From contig JAZRZN010000002.1 of the NCBI GenBank assembly GCA_045601365.1, forward strand, positions 20,376-84,375: a stretch of 64,000 nt of DNA, in the 5' to 3' direction. The position numbers and the translations under genes were made by a program. The DNA is from Clostridia bacterium (GTDB lineage Bacteria; Bacillota; Clostridia; Christensenellales; QALW01). Under the pieces are notes generated by a model that searched no databases, was not told the DNA's origin, and saw nothing but the letters and a program-made list of their open reading frames with translations. Of this stretch, positions 55,116-64,000 are shown in pieces. The stretch's first letter is position 1. The number at the start of each line of letters is the position of its first letter.

Positions 55116-55187
55116 CTCTTTTTACGGGAACTCTGTCCCCGTACCACTGCGTGATTTTTGAAAAAAAGCACGGCAAAAAAACTTTAT
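55116..55187. repeat. dispersed intergenic repeat, copy A (…GTCCCCGTACCACTGCGTGATTTTTGAAAAAAAGCACGGCAAAAAAACTTTAT)
   Basis: About 80% identical by eye over ~52 nt to 58645-58713. The 5' part (TTTTTACGGGAAC..GT.CCCG) also resembles 21392-21420. Confidence 0.7.
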
Positions 55188-55196
55188 AAAAAGTAG

Positions 55197-55225
55197 TTTA
55201 CAAGAATTTCATTTAGTGATATAAT
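55197..55225 (+). promoter_or_regulatory. promoter of rpsO-pnp
   Basis: TTTACA (55197-55202), 17 nt, TATAAT (55220-55225). A ~95-nt leader precedes rpsO. Confidence 0.55.
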
Positions 55226-55323
55226 TTTTCCATGTACGGAACTTTGTTCTCGGTTTGCTCGCTTCCTCGGCGGCTTACTGTGAACATAAGCGTTTGTACA
55301 AATCAAAGAGGAGGTTTATTGTG

Positions 55324-55587
55324 ATGGATAAGGCTACAAAGTCTGAGATCATTGCCGCTAACAAGCTGCACGATTCCGATACGGGCTCTCCCGAGGTACA
55401 GATCGCTCTTCTTACCGAGCGCATCAATCACCTTAATGAGCATCTTAAGACGCATCAGAAGGATCACCACAGCCGCAGAGGTCTGCTTACAATGGTAGGT
55501 CAGCGCCGCGGCTTGCTTGCGTATCTTAAGGACAAGGATATCGAAAGATACAGAGCGATCGTTAAGAAGCTTGGCTTGAGAAAGTGA
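55324..55587 (+). CDS. rpsO: 30S ribosomal protein S15
   Basis: Start moved to ATG 55324 (or GTG 55321), which follows [50 protein letters not shown]. Confidence 0.95.
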   Translation: MDKATKSEIIAANKLHDSDTGSPEVQIALLTERINHLNEHLKTHQKDHHSRRGLLTMVGQRRGLLAYLKDKDIERYRAIVKKLGLRK

Positions 55588-55596
55588 TTTCCAAAG

Positions 55597-55626
55597 AAGC
55601 GGATAAAGTTTTTTATCCGCTTTTTC
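55597..55626 (+). terminator. rpsO-pnp intergenic stem-loop (terminator/attenuator; RNase III-type processing site in other bacteria)
   Basis: AAGCGGATAAA (55597-55607) pairs with TTTATCCGCTT (55612-55622), followed by TTTC. Confidence 0.7.
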
Positions 55627-55688
55627 TTGAATTATTTCGGTGCGCAGGTGCATTTTTAATATATGTTATTATTATTAAAGGAGTATAT

Positions 55689-57797
55689 ATGATGGAATTC
55701 AGACAGTTCAAGACGACATATGCCGGCAGAGAGCTTATTGTTGAAACCGGCAAATACTGCGGACAGACAAACGGTTCGTGTGTAGTTCGTTGCGGCGATA
55801 CGGTTGTGATGGTATCGGCAACAATGTCAAAGCAGCCCAGAGAGGGAATGGATTTCTTCCCGCTGAGCGTAGAGTTTGAAGAAAAACAGTATTCGGTAGG
55901 AAAGATCCCCGGTGGCTTTATTCGCCGTGAGGGAAAGGCAAGCGAAAAGGCAATACTTACAAGCCGCCTTATCGACCGCCCCATACGTCCTTTGTTCCCC
56001 AAGGGACTGTTCAACGACGTTCAGGTAGTAGCTACATGCCTTTCGGTAGACCTTGACAACATGCCCGACGTGCTTGCGATGATCGGTTCGTCTGTAGCAC
56101 TCACGATCTCGGATATCCCGTTCGCGGGTCCCACAGGTTCGGTAACGGTCGGCATGATAGGCGATGAGTACATACTCAACCCGAACGAGGAGCAGAGAAA
56201 GGAATCACGTCTTCATCTTACCGTTTCCGGCACAAAGGATGCCGTTATGATGGTCGAAGCGGGAGCCAAAGAGGTCACAGAGGCTGAAATGCTTGAGGGC
56301 ATCATGGTAGCTCACGAGGAAATAAAGAAGCTTGTCGCATGGCAGGAGGAGATACGCGCCGAGATAGGCAAGGAAAAGCTTCCGATGGAGCTTTATCACG
56401 TTCCCGAGGATATCGACAAGGCAGTAAGAGAATTTGCTTACGACAAGATCGTTTGGGTAATGGATACGTTTGACCGCCACGAGCGCGAAGTGCGTGAGGA
56501 GCAGGCCGAGGCTGAGGTGCAGGAGCATTTCGCCGATATCTTCCCCGAATCCAAGCGTGAAATAGGCGATGCGCTTTATTACATCAAAAAGGAAGTAATG
56601 CGCAATAAGATACTTGACGAGGGCGTTCGTCCCGACGGCAGAAGCGAAAAGGAAATACGTCCCATATGGTGCGAGCATGGTATGCTCCCGAGAACCCACG
56701 GCTCTGCGGTATTCACCCGCGGACAGTCGCAGGCGATGACGATAACCACTCTCGGACCGCTTTCCGATGTCCAGGAGCTTGACGGCATCGACGGCGAGAC
56801 CGCAAAGAGATATATGCATCAGTACAACATGCCCGGCTACGCGACAGGCGAGCCGAAGCCCCTCAGAGCGCCCGGCAGACGTGAGATAGGTCACGGCGCG
56901 TTGGCAGAGCGTTCGCTTGAGCCGGTCATCCCGTCGGAGGCTGATTTCCCGTATGCGATACGTGTCGTTTCGGAAATAGTTTCGTCGAACGGTTCGACCT
57001 CAATGGCATCGGTTTGCGGCTCAACGCTTTCGCTTATGGACGCAGGCGTTCCGATATCGGCACCCGTTGCGGGCGTTGCCATGGGTCTTATCAAGGATAC
57101 ACGCGAGGGCTCGGACAAGGTCGCAGTGCTTACCGATATACAGGGACTTGAAGACTTTTTGGGCGATATGGACTTCAAGGTAGCAGGTACCGAAAAGGGT
57201 ATCACCGCTATCCAGATGGATATCAAGATAAAGGGCATAGACAAGCCTATCCTTGAACGCGCGCTTGCTCAGGCAAGAGAAGGCCGTATGTTCATCATGG
57301 GCAAGATGCTTGAAACCATCCCCGAGCCGAACAAGGAGCTTTCACCCTATGCACCCAAGACCATGTCATTCAAGATCGACGTTGATAAGATCCGCGAAGT
57401 CATCGGTACGGGCGGCAAGGTCATCAACGGCATCATTGCCGAGACCGGCGTCAAGATCGACATCGACGATGACGGTACTGTCGTTATTTATGCTGTGGAT
57501 CAGGCTTCGGGCGACAAGGCGAAGAAAATGATAGATGATATCGTCAAGGAGATAGAGGTCGGCGAAACCTATTTCGGTACGGTAGTGCGCATCATGGATT
57601 TCGGTGCATTCGTTGAGCTTCTTCCCGGCAAGGAAGGTCTCTGCCGCATCGGTGAGCTTGACAATAAGTTCGTCAAGAAGGTCGAGGATGTTGTTGCAAT
57701 AGGCGATAAGATCATGGTTCGCGTTATCGAGATCGACGATAAAGGCAGGGTCAACCTTTCAAGAAAGGCTCTCCTTCCCAAGGCGGACAAGGAATAA
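55689..57797 (+). CDS. pnp: polyribonucleotide nucleotidyltransferase (PNPase)
   Basis: Start ATG 55689 follows AAAGGAG. Two RNase PH domains plus KH and S1 ([28 protein letters not shown]). Confidence 0.95.
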   Translation: MMEFRQFKTTYAGRELIVETGKYCGQTNGSCVVRCGDTVVMVSATMSKQPREGMDFFPLSVEFEEKQYSVGKIPGGFIRREGKASEKAILTSRLIDRPIRPLFPKGLFNDVQVVATCLSVDLDNMPDVLAMIGSSVALTISDIPFAGPTGSVTVGMIGDEYILNPNEEQRKESRLHLTVSGTKDAVMMVEAGAKEVTEAEMLEGIMVAHEEIKKLVAWQEEIRAEIGKEKLPMELYHVPEDIDKAVREFAYDKIVWVMDTFDRHEREVREEQAEAEVQEHFADIFPESKREIGDALYYIKKEVMRNKILDEGVRPDGRSEKEIRPIWCEHGMLPRTHGSAVFTRGQSQAMTITTLGPLSDVQELDGIDGETAKRYMHQYNMPGYATGEPKPLRAPGRREIGHGALAERSLEPVIPSEADFPYAIRVVSEIVSSNGSTSMASVCGSTLSLMDAGVPISAPVAGVAMGLIKDTREGSDKVAVLTDIQGLEDFLGDMDFKVAGTEKGITAIQMDIKIKGIDKPILERALAQAREGRMFIMGKMLETIPEPNKELSPYAPKTMSFKIDVDKIREVIGTGGKVINGIIAETGVKIDIDDDGTVVIYAVDQASGDKAKKMIDDIVKEIEVGETYFGTVVRIMDFGAFVELLPGKEGLCRIGELDNKFVKKVEDVVAIGDKIMVRVIEIDDKGRVNLSRKALLPKADKE

Positions 57798-57805
57798 TAA
57801 CGAGA

Positions 57806-57838
57806 TGCGGGGACTTTGTCTCCGCACCTGTTGTTTAT
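57806..57838 (+). terminator. stem-loop after pnp
   Basis: TGCGGGGAC ttt GTCTCCGCA (one G-U pair), followed by a weak T-rich tract. Confidence 0.5.
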
Positions 57839-57875
57839 GAACAAGACAAAAGTCAGGCGAAAGGAAAATTGTTTT

Positions 57876-58631
57876 ATGGCATTTATTCAAATGAGCATGT
57901 TTTCGGAAGCGTTGGGCAAGTGCGTTCAGGTAAACGTCATCATGCCGCAGAACAGCACTAACGGTCAGATAGGCTTGGAGAACAATTCATCCGGCGGTAA
58001 TTACAAAACGCTGTATCTGCTTCACGGCTTGTCCGATGACAATACTATATGGATGCGCAGAACGTCAATAGAACGCTATGCGGCAAAATACGGTATCGCG
58101 GTCGTCATGCCGAACGGCGATAAGAGCTTTTATACAAATATGGTACACGGCGACAGATATTATGATTATATCGCACGCGAGCTTCCGAATATCATAGAAA
58201 ATATGTTCCCGGTATCGCGCAAACGTGAGGATCGCTATATCGCCGGACTTTCTATGGGCGGCTACGGTGCGCTCAAGATAGCGTTGAGAGAAGAAACGTT
58301 CGCCTGCGCCGCGGCACTTTCGCCCGTGGGTGATATAAAAAAGCGTTCGGAATATTGGGTGGAGCTTTTCAAAAGCATTTTCGGAGAGGAGCGAAACATA
58401 CCCGATAATGACGATCTGTATTGGCTCATCAAAAACTGCAAAACGCGTCCGCGTATCTTTATGGCGATAGGCACAGAGGATTTTTTGTATCACGACGACC
58501 AACCGCTTAAAGACGCTATAGTACGCGAAAATTACGATTTCAAGTATATGGAGGGATCCGGAACGCACTGCTGGGAGTTCTGGGACGAGTATATTCAGTA
58601 CGCACTTGAATGGATGTTTGAAAAAGCGTAG
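57876..58631 (+). CDS. esterase (tributyrin esterase / S-formylglutathione hydrolase-like family)
   Basis: Start moved to ATG 57876. LYLLHGLSDD and nucleophile elbow GLSMGGYGA. Confidence 0.8.
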   Translation: MAFIQMSMFSEALGKCVQVNVIMPQNSTNGQIGLENNSSGGNYKTLYLLHGLSDDNTIWMRRTSIERYAAKYGIAVVMPNGDKSFYTNMVHGDRYYDYIARELPNIIENMFPVSRKREDRYIAGLSMGGYGALKIALREETFACAAALSPVGDIKKRSEYWVELFKSIFGEERNIPDNDDLYWLIKNCKTRPRIFMAIGTEDFLYHDDQPLKDAIVRENYDFKYMEGSGTHCWEFWDEYIQYALEWMFEKA

Positions 58632-58644
58632 GTTCTTTACCTTT

Positions 58645-58713
58645 GCCGTTCCCGGTGGCTTCGTCCCCGCACCCCTGCGCGCTTTTTGAAAAAAGCGGGG
58701 CAAAAACTTTTAT
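58645..58713. repeat. dispersed intergenic repeat, copy B
   Basis: GCCGTTCCCGGTGGCTTCGTCCCCGCACCCCTGCGCGCTTTTTGAAAAAAGCGGGGCAAAAACTTTTAT. Homologous to 55116-55187. Confidence 0.7.
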
Positions 58714-58739
58714 TTCGCTTTGCACGTCTATGATAACGC

Positions 58740-59002
58740 GTAGGGTGCGGCGTCCCCGACGCACCGCTGTCGCACGGTGAGTTGCAGGAAATCGCAACAT
58801 GTTTTATATCTTTGTGTCATTGCGAGGAGCGTTAGCTCCGTGGCAATCCGGATACGAACAGAAGTAACTTTATGTAAAACATGGATTGCCACGCATCCTG
58901 CGGATGCTCGCAATGACACAATGGGTATTTTTCGGAATAATGGCGTTGTTTCCTGCCCGTGCTTTGTGCGCGAACGGTGCGACAGCGGATGCCGCACCCT
59001 AC
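58740..59002. repeat. 263-bp nested-palindrome element bounded by inverted REP-like (GTAG-palindrome) motifs
   Basis: Outer inverted repeat GTAGGGTGCGGC...(58740-58765) / ...GCCGCACCCTAC (58987-59002). CCGCTGTCGCAC / GTGCGACAGCGG. TGTGTCATTGCGAG (58813-58826) / CTCGCAATGACACA (58907-58920). GTGGCAATCC (58840-58849) / GGATTGCCAC (58883-58892). Confidence 0.85.
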
Positions 59003-59103
59003 GGGACAGTCAAGACAGTGCGCCGTAAAAACGTATGAGCATATGCTGTTTTCTCAACGTTATTTTTCACGGAAATAAAAAAGAACCAAAGCGTAAAAAG
59101 TGC

Positions 59104-59132
59104 TTGCCAATAAAAAAGTAATGTGATATAAT
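59104..59132 (+). promoter_or_regulatory. promoter of rpsB-tsf
   Basis: TTGCCA (59104-59109), 17 nt, TATAAT (59127-59132). A ~100-nt leader follows. Confidence 0.55.
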
Positions 59133-59232
59133 CATCAGGTAAAAATTCACACTCGTGCAGTGGGCAATGTGCTTGTTCCGAAAGGTAAGCTTGCAGCGTG
59201 CATGAGGAGGAAAAAACAAGGAGGACATTAAA

Positions 59233-60009
59233 ATGTCAGAAAAATCAGTTATCTCAATGAAGAGCTTGCTTGAAGCAGGCGTACACTTCGGTCATCCCAC
59301 ACGCAGATGGAACCCGAAAATGGCACCGTATATCTTTACGGAGCGCAACGGCATCTACATCCTTGACCTTCAGAAGACCGTCAAGAAGGTAGAAGAAGCT
59401 TATTCGTTCGTATTCGATGTAGCTTCTAACGGCGGATCTATCCTTTTCGTCGGCACAAAGAAGCAGGCACAGGAGTCGATCGAATCCGAAGCAAAGCGTT
59501 GCGGCATGTTCTATGTAAACCAGAGATGGGCGGGCGGCATGCTCACCAACTTCAAGACCATCCGTTCGAGAATCGAAAAGATGAAGAAGATCGAAAAGAT
59601 GATCGAGGACGGCACAATGGAGCTTCTTCCCAAAAAAGAGCAGGCTAAGCTCATGAAGGAAAAGGAAGAGCTTGATGCAAACTTCGGCGGTATCCGCGAA
59701 ATGACAAACATCCCCGATGCGATGTTCGTTGTTGACCCCCGCAAGGAAGCCAACGCTATCCATGAGGCTAAGATCCTCGGCATCCCGGTAGTTGCCATCG
59801 TTGATACGAACTGCGATCCCGATGACGCCGATTATGTTATCCCCGGCAATGACGATGCTATCCGTGCCGTAAAGCTGCTTGCAGGTACAATGGCTAACGC
59901 CGTTATCGAAGCCAACCAGGGCGAATCCTTTGAGGTAGAGGAATCCGAGGAAGCGGCTGAGGCTGAGGTAAACGAGATCGTTGAAGAGATCAATTCCGAA
60001 GAAGCTTGA
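59233..60009 (+). CDS. rpsB: 30S ribosomal protein S2
   Basis: 258 aa. [19 protein letters not shown] and an acidic C-terminal tail. Confidence 0.97.
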   Translation: MSEKSVISMKSLLEAGVHFGHPTRRWNPKMAPYIFTERNGIYILDLQKTVKKVEEAYSFVFDVASNGGSILFVGTKKQAQESIESEAKRCGMFYVNQRWAGGMLTNFKTIRSRIEKMKKIEKMIEDGTMELLPKKEQAKLMKEKEELDANFGGIREMTNIPDAMFVVDPRKEANAIHEAKILGIPVVAIVDTNCDPDDADYVIPGNDDAIRAVKLLAGTMANAVIEANQGESFEVEESEEAAEAEVNEIVEEINSEEA

Positions 60010-60028
60010 TTTGGGAGGTAAAACTACT

Positions 60029-60937
60029 ATGGCAGATATTTCAGCTAAGCAGGTAATGGAATTCATGAAAAAGACCGGCGTCCCCATGATGCAGTGCAAA
60101 AAGGCACTCATCGAAGCCAACGGTGATGAGGACGAGGCATTAAAGATACTGCGCGAAAAGGGCATGGCTACGGCGGCTAAAAAGGCTGACCGTATCGCCG
60201 CGCTCGGTCTTGTTACGAGCAACATCTTCGATGACGGCAAAACAGGCGTTATCCTTGAAGTGAACTGCGAGACCGATTTCGTTGCAAAGACAGACGCTTT
60301 CAAGGGTCTTGTACAGACACTTGCAGAACAGATAGCAGTTGCGAAGCCCGCAAACGTTGATGAGCTTCTTCAGGGCGAAAGCATCAAGGAAGCCGGCAGA
60401 ACGGTCAACGAGCTTGTTGCCGAGACCGTAAGCAAGTGCGGTGAGAAGATTTCCGTTCGCAGATTCGAGCGCATTGCCGCTGACGGCAGCATGTTCGATA
60501 CTTATATCCACATGGGCGGTCAGATTGGTGTTCTGCTTGAGATCGCCGGTGCTGATGCAAGCGATGAAGCCAAAGCTATATTCCATACGATTTCAATGCA
60601 TATCGCGGCGGCAAATCCCCCTTACCTTTGCCGTGAGGATGTTCCTGCCGACGTTATCGAAAAGGAAAAAGAGATCGCCAAGGCTCAGGCACTTAACGAA
60701 GGCAAAAAGGAACAGTTCGTTGATAAGATCGTTATGGGCAGGATCAACAAGTATTATAAGGAAAACTGCTTGCTTGAGCAGGTAAGCATGCTGGACCAGG
60801 AAAACACTATCACCGCACTTCTTGCAAAAGCCGGCGATTTCTCAATAAAGCGTTTCGTTCGTTATCAGATGGGCGAGGGCATCGAGAAGCGTCAGGACAA
60901 TTTCGCCGAAGAAGTTATGGGGCAGATGGTAAAATAA
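60029..60937 (+). CDS. tsf: elongation factor Ts
   Basis: Start moved to ATG 60029, which follows GGGAGG. UBA-like N-terminus MQCKKALIEANGDEDEALKILREKG. Confidence 0.95.
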   Translation: MADISAKQVMEFMKKTGVPMMQCKKALIEANGDEDEALKILREKGMATAAKKADRIAALGLVTSNIFDDGKTGVILEVNCETDFVAKTDAFKGLVQTLAEQIAVAKPANVDELLQGESIKEAGRTVNELVAETVSKCGEKISVRRFERIAADGSMFDTYIHMGGQIGVLLEIAGADASDEAKAIFHTISMHIAAANPPYLCREDVPADVIEKEKEIAKAQALNEGKKEQFVDKIVMGRINKYYKENCLLEQVSMLDQENTITALLAKAGDFSIKRFVRYQMGEGIEKRQDNFAEEVMGQMVK

Positions 60938-60948
60938 TAATTCAAAAT

Positions 60949-60975
60949 AAAGGAACACTTGATGTGTTCCTTTTA
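60949..60975 (+). terminator. rho-independent terminator after tsf
   Basis: AAAGGAACAC ttgat GTGTTCCTTT followed by TAA. Confidence 0.7.
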
Positions 60976-61006
60976 ATATGTTTGCAAAAATCAAGGAGTA
61001 GGTATT

Positions 61007-61729
61007 ATGGCATATAAAAGGATATTACTTAAGCTCAGCGGCGAGGCACTCGGTGCCGACGGCAAGGGCTTTGATTTCGGCAGGATCGCCGATGTTGCGG
61101 AGCAGATAGCGGCACTTTCAAAAACCGGCGTGCAGACGGGCATAGTCATCGGCGCAGGCAATATCTGGCGCGGCAGACAGGGTACCGATATGGATCGGGT
61201 GACCGCTGACCATATGGGCATGCTGGCAACTATCATCAATTCACTTGCGATGAAGGATGCTATCGAAAAATTCGGCGTAAAATGCCATGTTATGACGAGT
61301 GTTGCAATGGACGCGATAGCCGAACCGTATGCTTCAAGAAGAGCAAAAGCACATCTTGACGACGGCGATGTCGTTATCATCGCGGGCGGCACGGGCAGTC
61401 CGTTCTTCTCTACCGATACAGCCGCGGCTTTAAGAGCGGCAGAGGTGGAAGCGGATGTGATCCTGCTTGCCAAAAATATCGACGGTGTCTATGATGCCGA
61501 TCCGCGCAAGGATGCAAACGCAAAGAGATATGCTTCCATACCGTTCCAAAAGGTGCTTGCCGACCGTCTTCAGGTAATGGACAGCACCGCAACGGCTATA
61601 TGCATGGATAACGATATCCCCGTATGTGTGTTCGCGCTTCATGAGGAGAACAGCATCAGCCGCGCATCGGCGGGCGAAGCACTCGGCACAACGGTCAAAA
61701 ACGATGCCGAAACTGTGTTTTACGGCTGA
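61007..61729 (+). CDS. pyrH: UMP kinase
   Basis: 240 aa. RILLKLSGEAL and GAGNIWRG motifs. Confidence 0.95.
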   Translation: MAYKRILLKLSGEALGADGKGFDFGRIADVAEQIAALSKTGVQTGIVIGAGNIWRGRQGTDMDRVTADHMGMLATIINSLAMKDAIEKFGVKCHVMTSVAMDAIAEPYASRRAKAHLDDGDVVIIAGGTGSPFFSTDTAAALRAAEVEADVILLAKNIDGVYDADPRKDANAKRYASIPFQKVLADRLQVMDSTATAICMDNDIPVCVFALHEENSISRASAGEALGTTVKNDAETVFYG

Positions 61730-61755
61730 TTTGTGATTAAAAATGTAAATTTTAC

Positions 61756-61785
61756 AAAAAAGATGCCAAACGGCATCTTTTTTTC
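61756..61785 (+). terminator. rho-independent terminator after pyrH
   Basis: AAAAAGATGCC aaac GGCATCTTTTT followed by TTC. Confidence 0.8.
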
Positions 61786-61814
61786 TTGAAAAAAACGAAT
61801 AAATTTGGTATTAT
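61786..61814 (+). promoter_or_regulatory. promoter of frr-uppS-cdsA-dxr
   Basis: TTGAAA (61786-61791), 17 nt, TGgTATTAT (-10 at 61809-61814). Confidence 0.5.
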
Positions 61815-61843
61815 ATAAATATAAACAATAGGAGGATAGTTTT

Positions 61844-62413
61844 ATGGCTAATGAGTTTGTTGAAGAAATCGAAATCGACGCTGAGGACAGAATGTCCAAA
61901 ACCGTAAGCGTGCTTAAGGAAAACATGGCTTCCATCCGCGCGGGACGCGCCAACCCGAAGGTGCTTGACCATATCACGGTAGAATATTACGGCACGATGT
62001 CGCCCATAGTGCAGGTGGCAAACGTTTCCGTGCCCGAACCGAGAATGCTGATGATCGCGCCGTGGGATGCCTCTATGGTGAATCCAATCTGCAAGGCTAT
62101 CCAGACATCCGATCTCGGCATCAATCCCAATACCGACGGCAAGGTGATACGTCTTATTTTCCCCGAGCTTAACGAGGAACGCCGTATCGAGCTTGCAAAG
62201 CAGGTCAAAAAATATGCCGAGGATGCGAAGGTCGCTATCCGTGCCATCCGCCGCGATGCGATAGAGCAGTACAAAAAGCTGAAAAAGGATTCAACGATAA
62301 CCGAGGATGATGAGAAGCGCGCGGGAGAATCCATGCAGAAAATGACGGATAAATTCAGTGCGCAGATAGACAGCGTTTCGGCTGATAAGGAAAAGGAGCT
62401 TATGTCTCTGTAA
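61844..62413 (+). CDS. frr: ribosome recycling factor
   Basis: 189 aa. IRAGRANPKVLDHITVEYYG pattern. Confidence 0.95.
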   Translation: MANEFVEEIEIDAEDRMSKTVSVLKENMASIRAGRANPKVLDHITVEYYGTMSPIVQVANVSVPEPRMLMIAPWDASMVNPICKAIQTSDLGINPNTDGKVIRLIFPELNEERRIELAKQVKKYAEDAKVAIRAIRRDAIEQYKKLKKDSTITEDDEKRAGESMQKMTDKFSAQIDSVSADKEKELMSL

Positions 62414-62418
62414 GGCAT

Positions 62419-63114
62419 ATGAATATGGAAAACAGTATTATTCCGCGTCACGTTGCCGTCATCATGGACGGCAACGGGCGTTGGGCTAAAAAAAGAGGTC
62501 TGCCGCGGACTTTCGGTCACAAAGCGGGGACGGAAAATGTAAGAAAAGCAGTAAAGTATTGCGTCAGAAACGGCATCGAATATCTGACGATATATGCCTT
62601 TTCGACGGAAAACTTCAAACGCCCGCAGGACGAGGTCGGCGCGCTGATGAAGCTTCTTATAGATTGTTTCTATAACGAGGTCGACGAGCTTAAGGCGAAC
62701 GGCGTAAGGATAAATGTTATCGGCGATATTTCGAGCTTCGCGCCGGAAGTGCAGAAGGCGATAAACTACGGCATGGAGCAGACAAAGGATTGCGGTAAGC
62801 TTGTACTCTCAATCGCGCTTGCATACGGTGCGCGTGATGAGATCGTGCGTGCCGTCAAAAAAATCGTCGAATCGGGCGAGACCGAAATAACCGAGGAGAC
62901 CGTATCGAAAAATCTTTATACCTTCGATATGCCCGACCCCGACCTTATTATCCGTACAAGCGGGGAAGAGCGCCTCTCAAACTTCCTTTTATATCAGGCG
63001 GCGTACTCGGAGTTCTATTTTACCGATACGCTGTGGCCCGATTTTGATGACAAAGAATTTGATAAGGCTCTTGAAGAGTTTTCAAAGCGTAACAGAAGAT
63101 ACGGAGGCGTTTGA
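62419..63114 (+). CDS. uppS: isoprenyl transferase (undecaprenyl-diphosphate synthase)
   Basis: HVAVIMDGNGRWA, FSTENFKRP and RTSGEERLSNFLLYQAAYSE motifs. Confidence 0.95.
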   Translation: MNMENSIIPRHVAVIMDGNGRWAKKRGLPRTFGHKAGTENVRKAVKYCVRNGIEYLTIYAFSTENFKRPQDEVGALMKLLIDCFYNEVDELKANGVRINVIGDISSFAPEVQKAINYGMEQTKDCGKLVLSIALAYGARDEIVRAVKKIVESGETEITEETVSKNLYTFDMPDPDLIIRTSGEERLSNFLLYQAAYSEFYFTDTLWPDFDDKEFDKALEEFSKRNRRYGGV

Positions 63115-63117
63115 CGG

Positions 63118-63939
63118 GTGGATCTCCTTAAAAGAGTTTTGAGCGCGGCTGTCATGATAGCCGTTGTCGTCGGCGCGGTCATTTGGGGCGCGATACCTAC
63201 ACTTGCTGTTGCCGCCGCCGTTGCCGTGCTGATGATGTTTGATGTCACAAATGCACTGAATGCCGGGGGGTATAAGGTAAACCGCATCATACTGTTGCTC
63301 ACTGCGGCACTGATCTTCCCGGCGGTGTATTTCTTCGGCGCGGGCAGTCTTTTACTGCTTGCGGGATTATCGCTTGCGGTCATGTCGTCGTGCGTCATAC
63401 TTTCAAAAAAACCCGATTTCAAGGGACTGTTCGGCGGTATGGCGTCGCTTGTGTATCCGTTCGTACCCGCGTCACTGCTTATATGCCTTGCCGCGCACGA
63501 TATTTCCGATCCCGAACGGCTCGGATGCCGCCTGCTTGTTTATGCCGTGCTGTGCGCTTGCCTTTCGGATGCGCTTGCGTATTTCGGCGGTAAGCTTTTC
63601 GGCAAAAGAAAGCTGTGCCCGCAGATAAGTCCCAAAAAGACGGTCGCAGGCTCAATAGCAAGCTTTGTCGGCGGCACGCTTGCGGGATGTATCATCATGC
63701 TTGTTGATCCGACGGATACGTTCCCGGCGGTGTGGATAGCCATGGGCTTGCTCTGCGGCGGCTTTGCGCAGATAGGCGACCTTGTCGCAAGCATGCTCAA
63801 ACGCTTCTGCTCTGTCAAGGATTACGGCAAATACATACCCGGTCACGGCGGGATAATGGACAGAATGGATTCTATAAGCATTTGTCTTATAGTTATAGTT
63901 ACATTTGCACAGTTATTTCTCAATATGGAGATATTATGA
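63118..63939 (+). CDS. cdsA: phosphatidate cytidylyltransferase
   Basis: 273 aa, multi-TM. CDS signature SMLKRFCSVKDYGKYIPGHGGIMDRMDS. Confidence 0.92.
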   Translation: MDLLKRVLSAAVMIAVVVGAVIWGAIPTLAVAAAVAVLMMFDVTNALNAGGYKVNRIILLLTAALIFPAVYFFGAGSLLLLAGLSLAVMSSCVILSKKPDFKGLFGGMASLVYPFVPASLLICLAAHDISDPERLGCRLLVYAVLCACLSDALAYFGGKLFGKRKLCPQISPKKTVAGSIASFVGGTLAGCIIMLVDPTDTFPAVWIAMGLLCGGFAQIGDLVASMLKRFCSVKDYGKYIPGHGGIMDRMDSISICLIVIVTFAQLFLNMEIL

Positions 63940-64000
63940 AAAATATAGCGATTTTAGGTTCTACCGGCTCTATCGGTACACAGGCACTCGACATCGTGCG
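63936..64000 (+). CDS. dxr: 1-deoxy-D-xylulose-5-phosphate reductoisomerase, N-terminal fragment (continues beyond window)
   Basis: MKNIAILGSTGSIGTQALDIV NADPH-binding N-terminus. ATGA overlap with cdsA. Confidence 0.85.
   Translation, partial: MKNIAILGSTGSIGTQALDIV

Noticed and set aside
58728-59028. ORFs 58728-58997 (-) and 58777-59028 (+)
   Set aside because: They lie entirely within the nested palindromic repeat element. Their mirror-image reading frames are a consequence of the inverted repeats.
59254-60303. 349-aa minus-strand ORF
   Set aside because: It lies antisense to rpsB and tsf and spans their intergenic region. It has no SD and is a shadow ORF.

Overview
The window looks like a chromosomal segment from a spore-forming Clostridia-class Firmicute. 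That inference rests on gene order, an alpha/beta-type SASP gene and a cohesin/dockerin protein; an Oscillospiraceae/Ruminococcaceae-like gut anaerobe is a guess. The backbone is conserved housekeeping operons: dnaE(3' end)-pfkA; plsX-acpP-rnc-smc-ftsY; ylxM-ffh-rpsP-KH-rimM-trmD-rplS; asd-dapA-dapB-aminopeptidase; nadD-yqeK-rsfS; pgi; MTase-recG; rpsO-pnp; rpsB-tsf-pyrH-frr-uppS-cdsA-dxr(5' end). Accessory blocks sit between them. (1) A 2.8-kb island splits the normally contiguous ftsY|ylxM junction and carries an XRE regulator, an LRR-cohesin-dockerin protein and a RAYT-type HUH transposase with a GTAG-palindrome (REP-like) repeat array. (2) An ECF sigma/anti-sigma pair lies next to an unknown 192-aa protein. 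(3) A GH2 / nagA / AraC / long MurQ-GckR-like amino-sugar block. (4) A cpsC-cpsD-cpsB module lies next to a solitary tRNA-Leu(CAG). (5) A 13-kb glycan-scavenging stretch (35.6-48.4 kb) holds a GH25 muramidase, three AraC regulators, an orphan glycyl-radical enzyme with an atypical Cys loop, a truncated GH3 paralog, DMT and SemiSWEET-like transporters, GH3, GT2, two tandem uncharacterised hydrolase-like paralogs and two esterases. The candidates I rate most likely to be new are the orphan GRE module, the RAYT/REP system with REP copies inside its own ORF, the DapB-ACT fusion and the tandem-paralog/SemiSWEET locus. I found no CRISPR array, rRNA, integrase, prophage or recognisable defence system. 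All calls come from reading the sequence and the supplied translations against remembered family motifs; no alignments or searches were run. Several ORF-track starts were moved to downstream starts that have a Shine-Dalgarno sequence.
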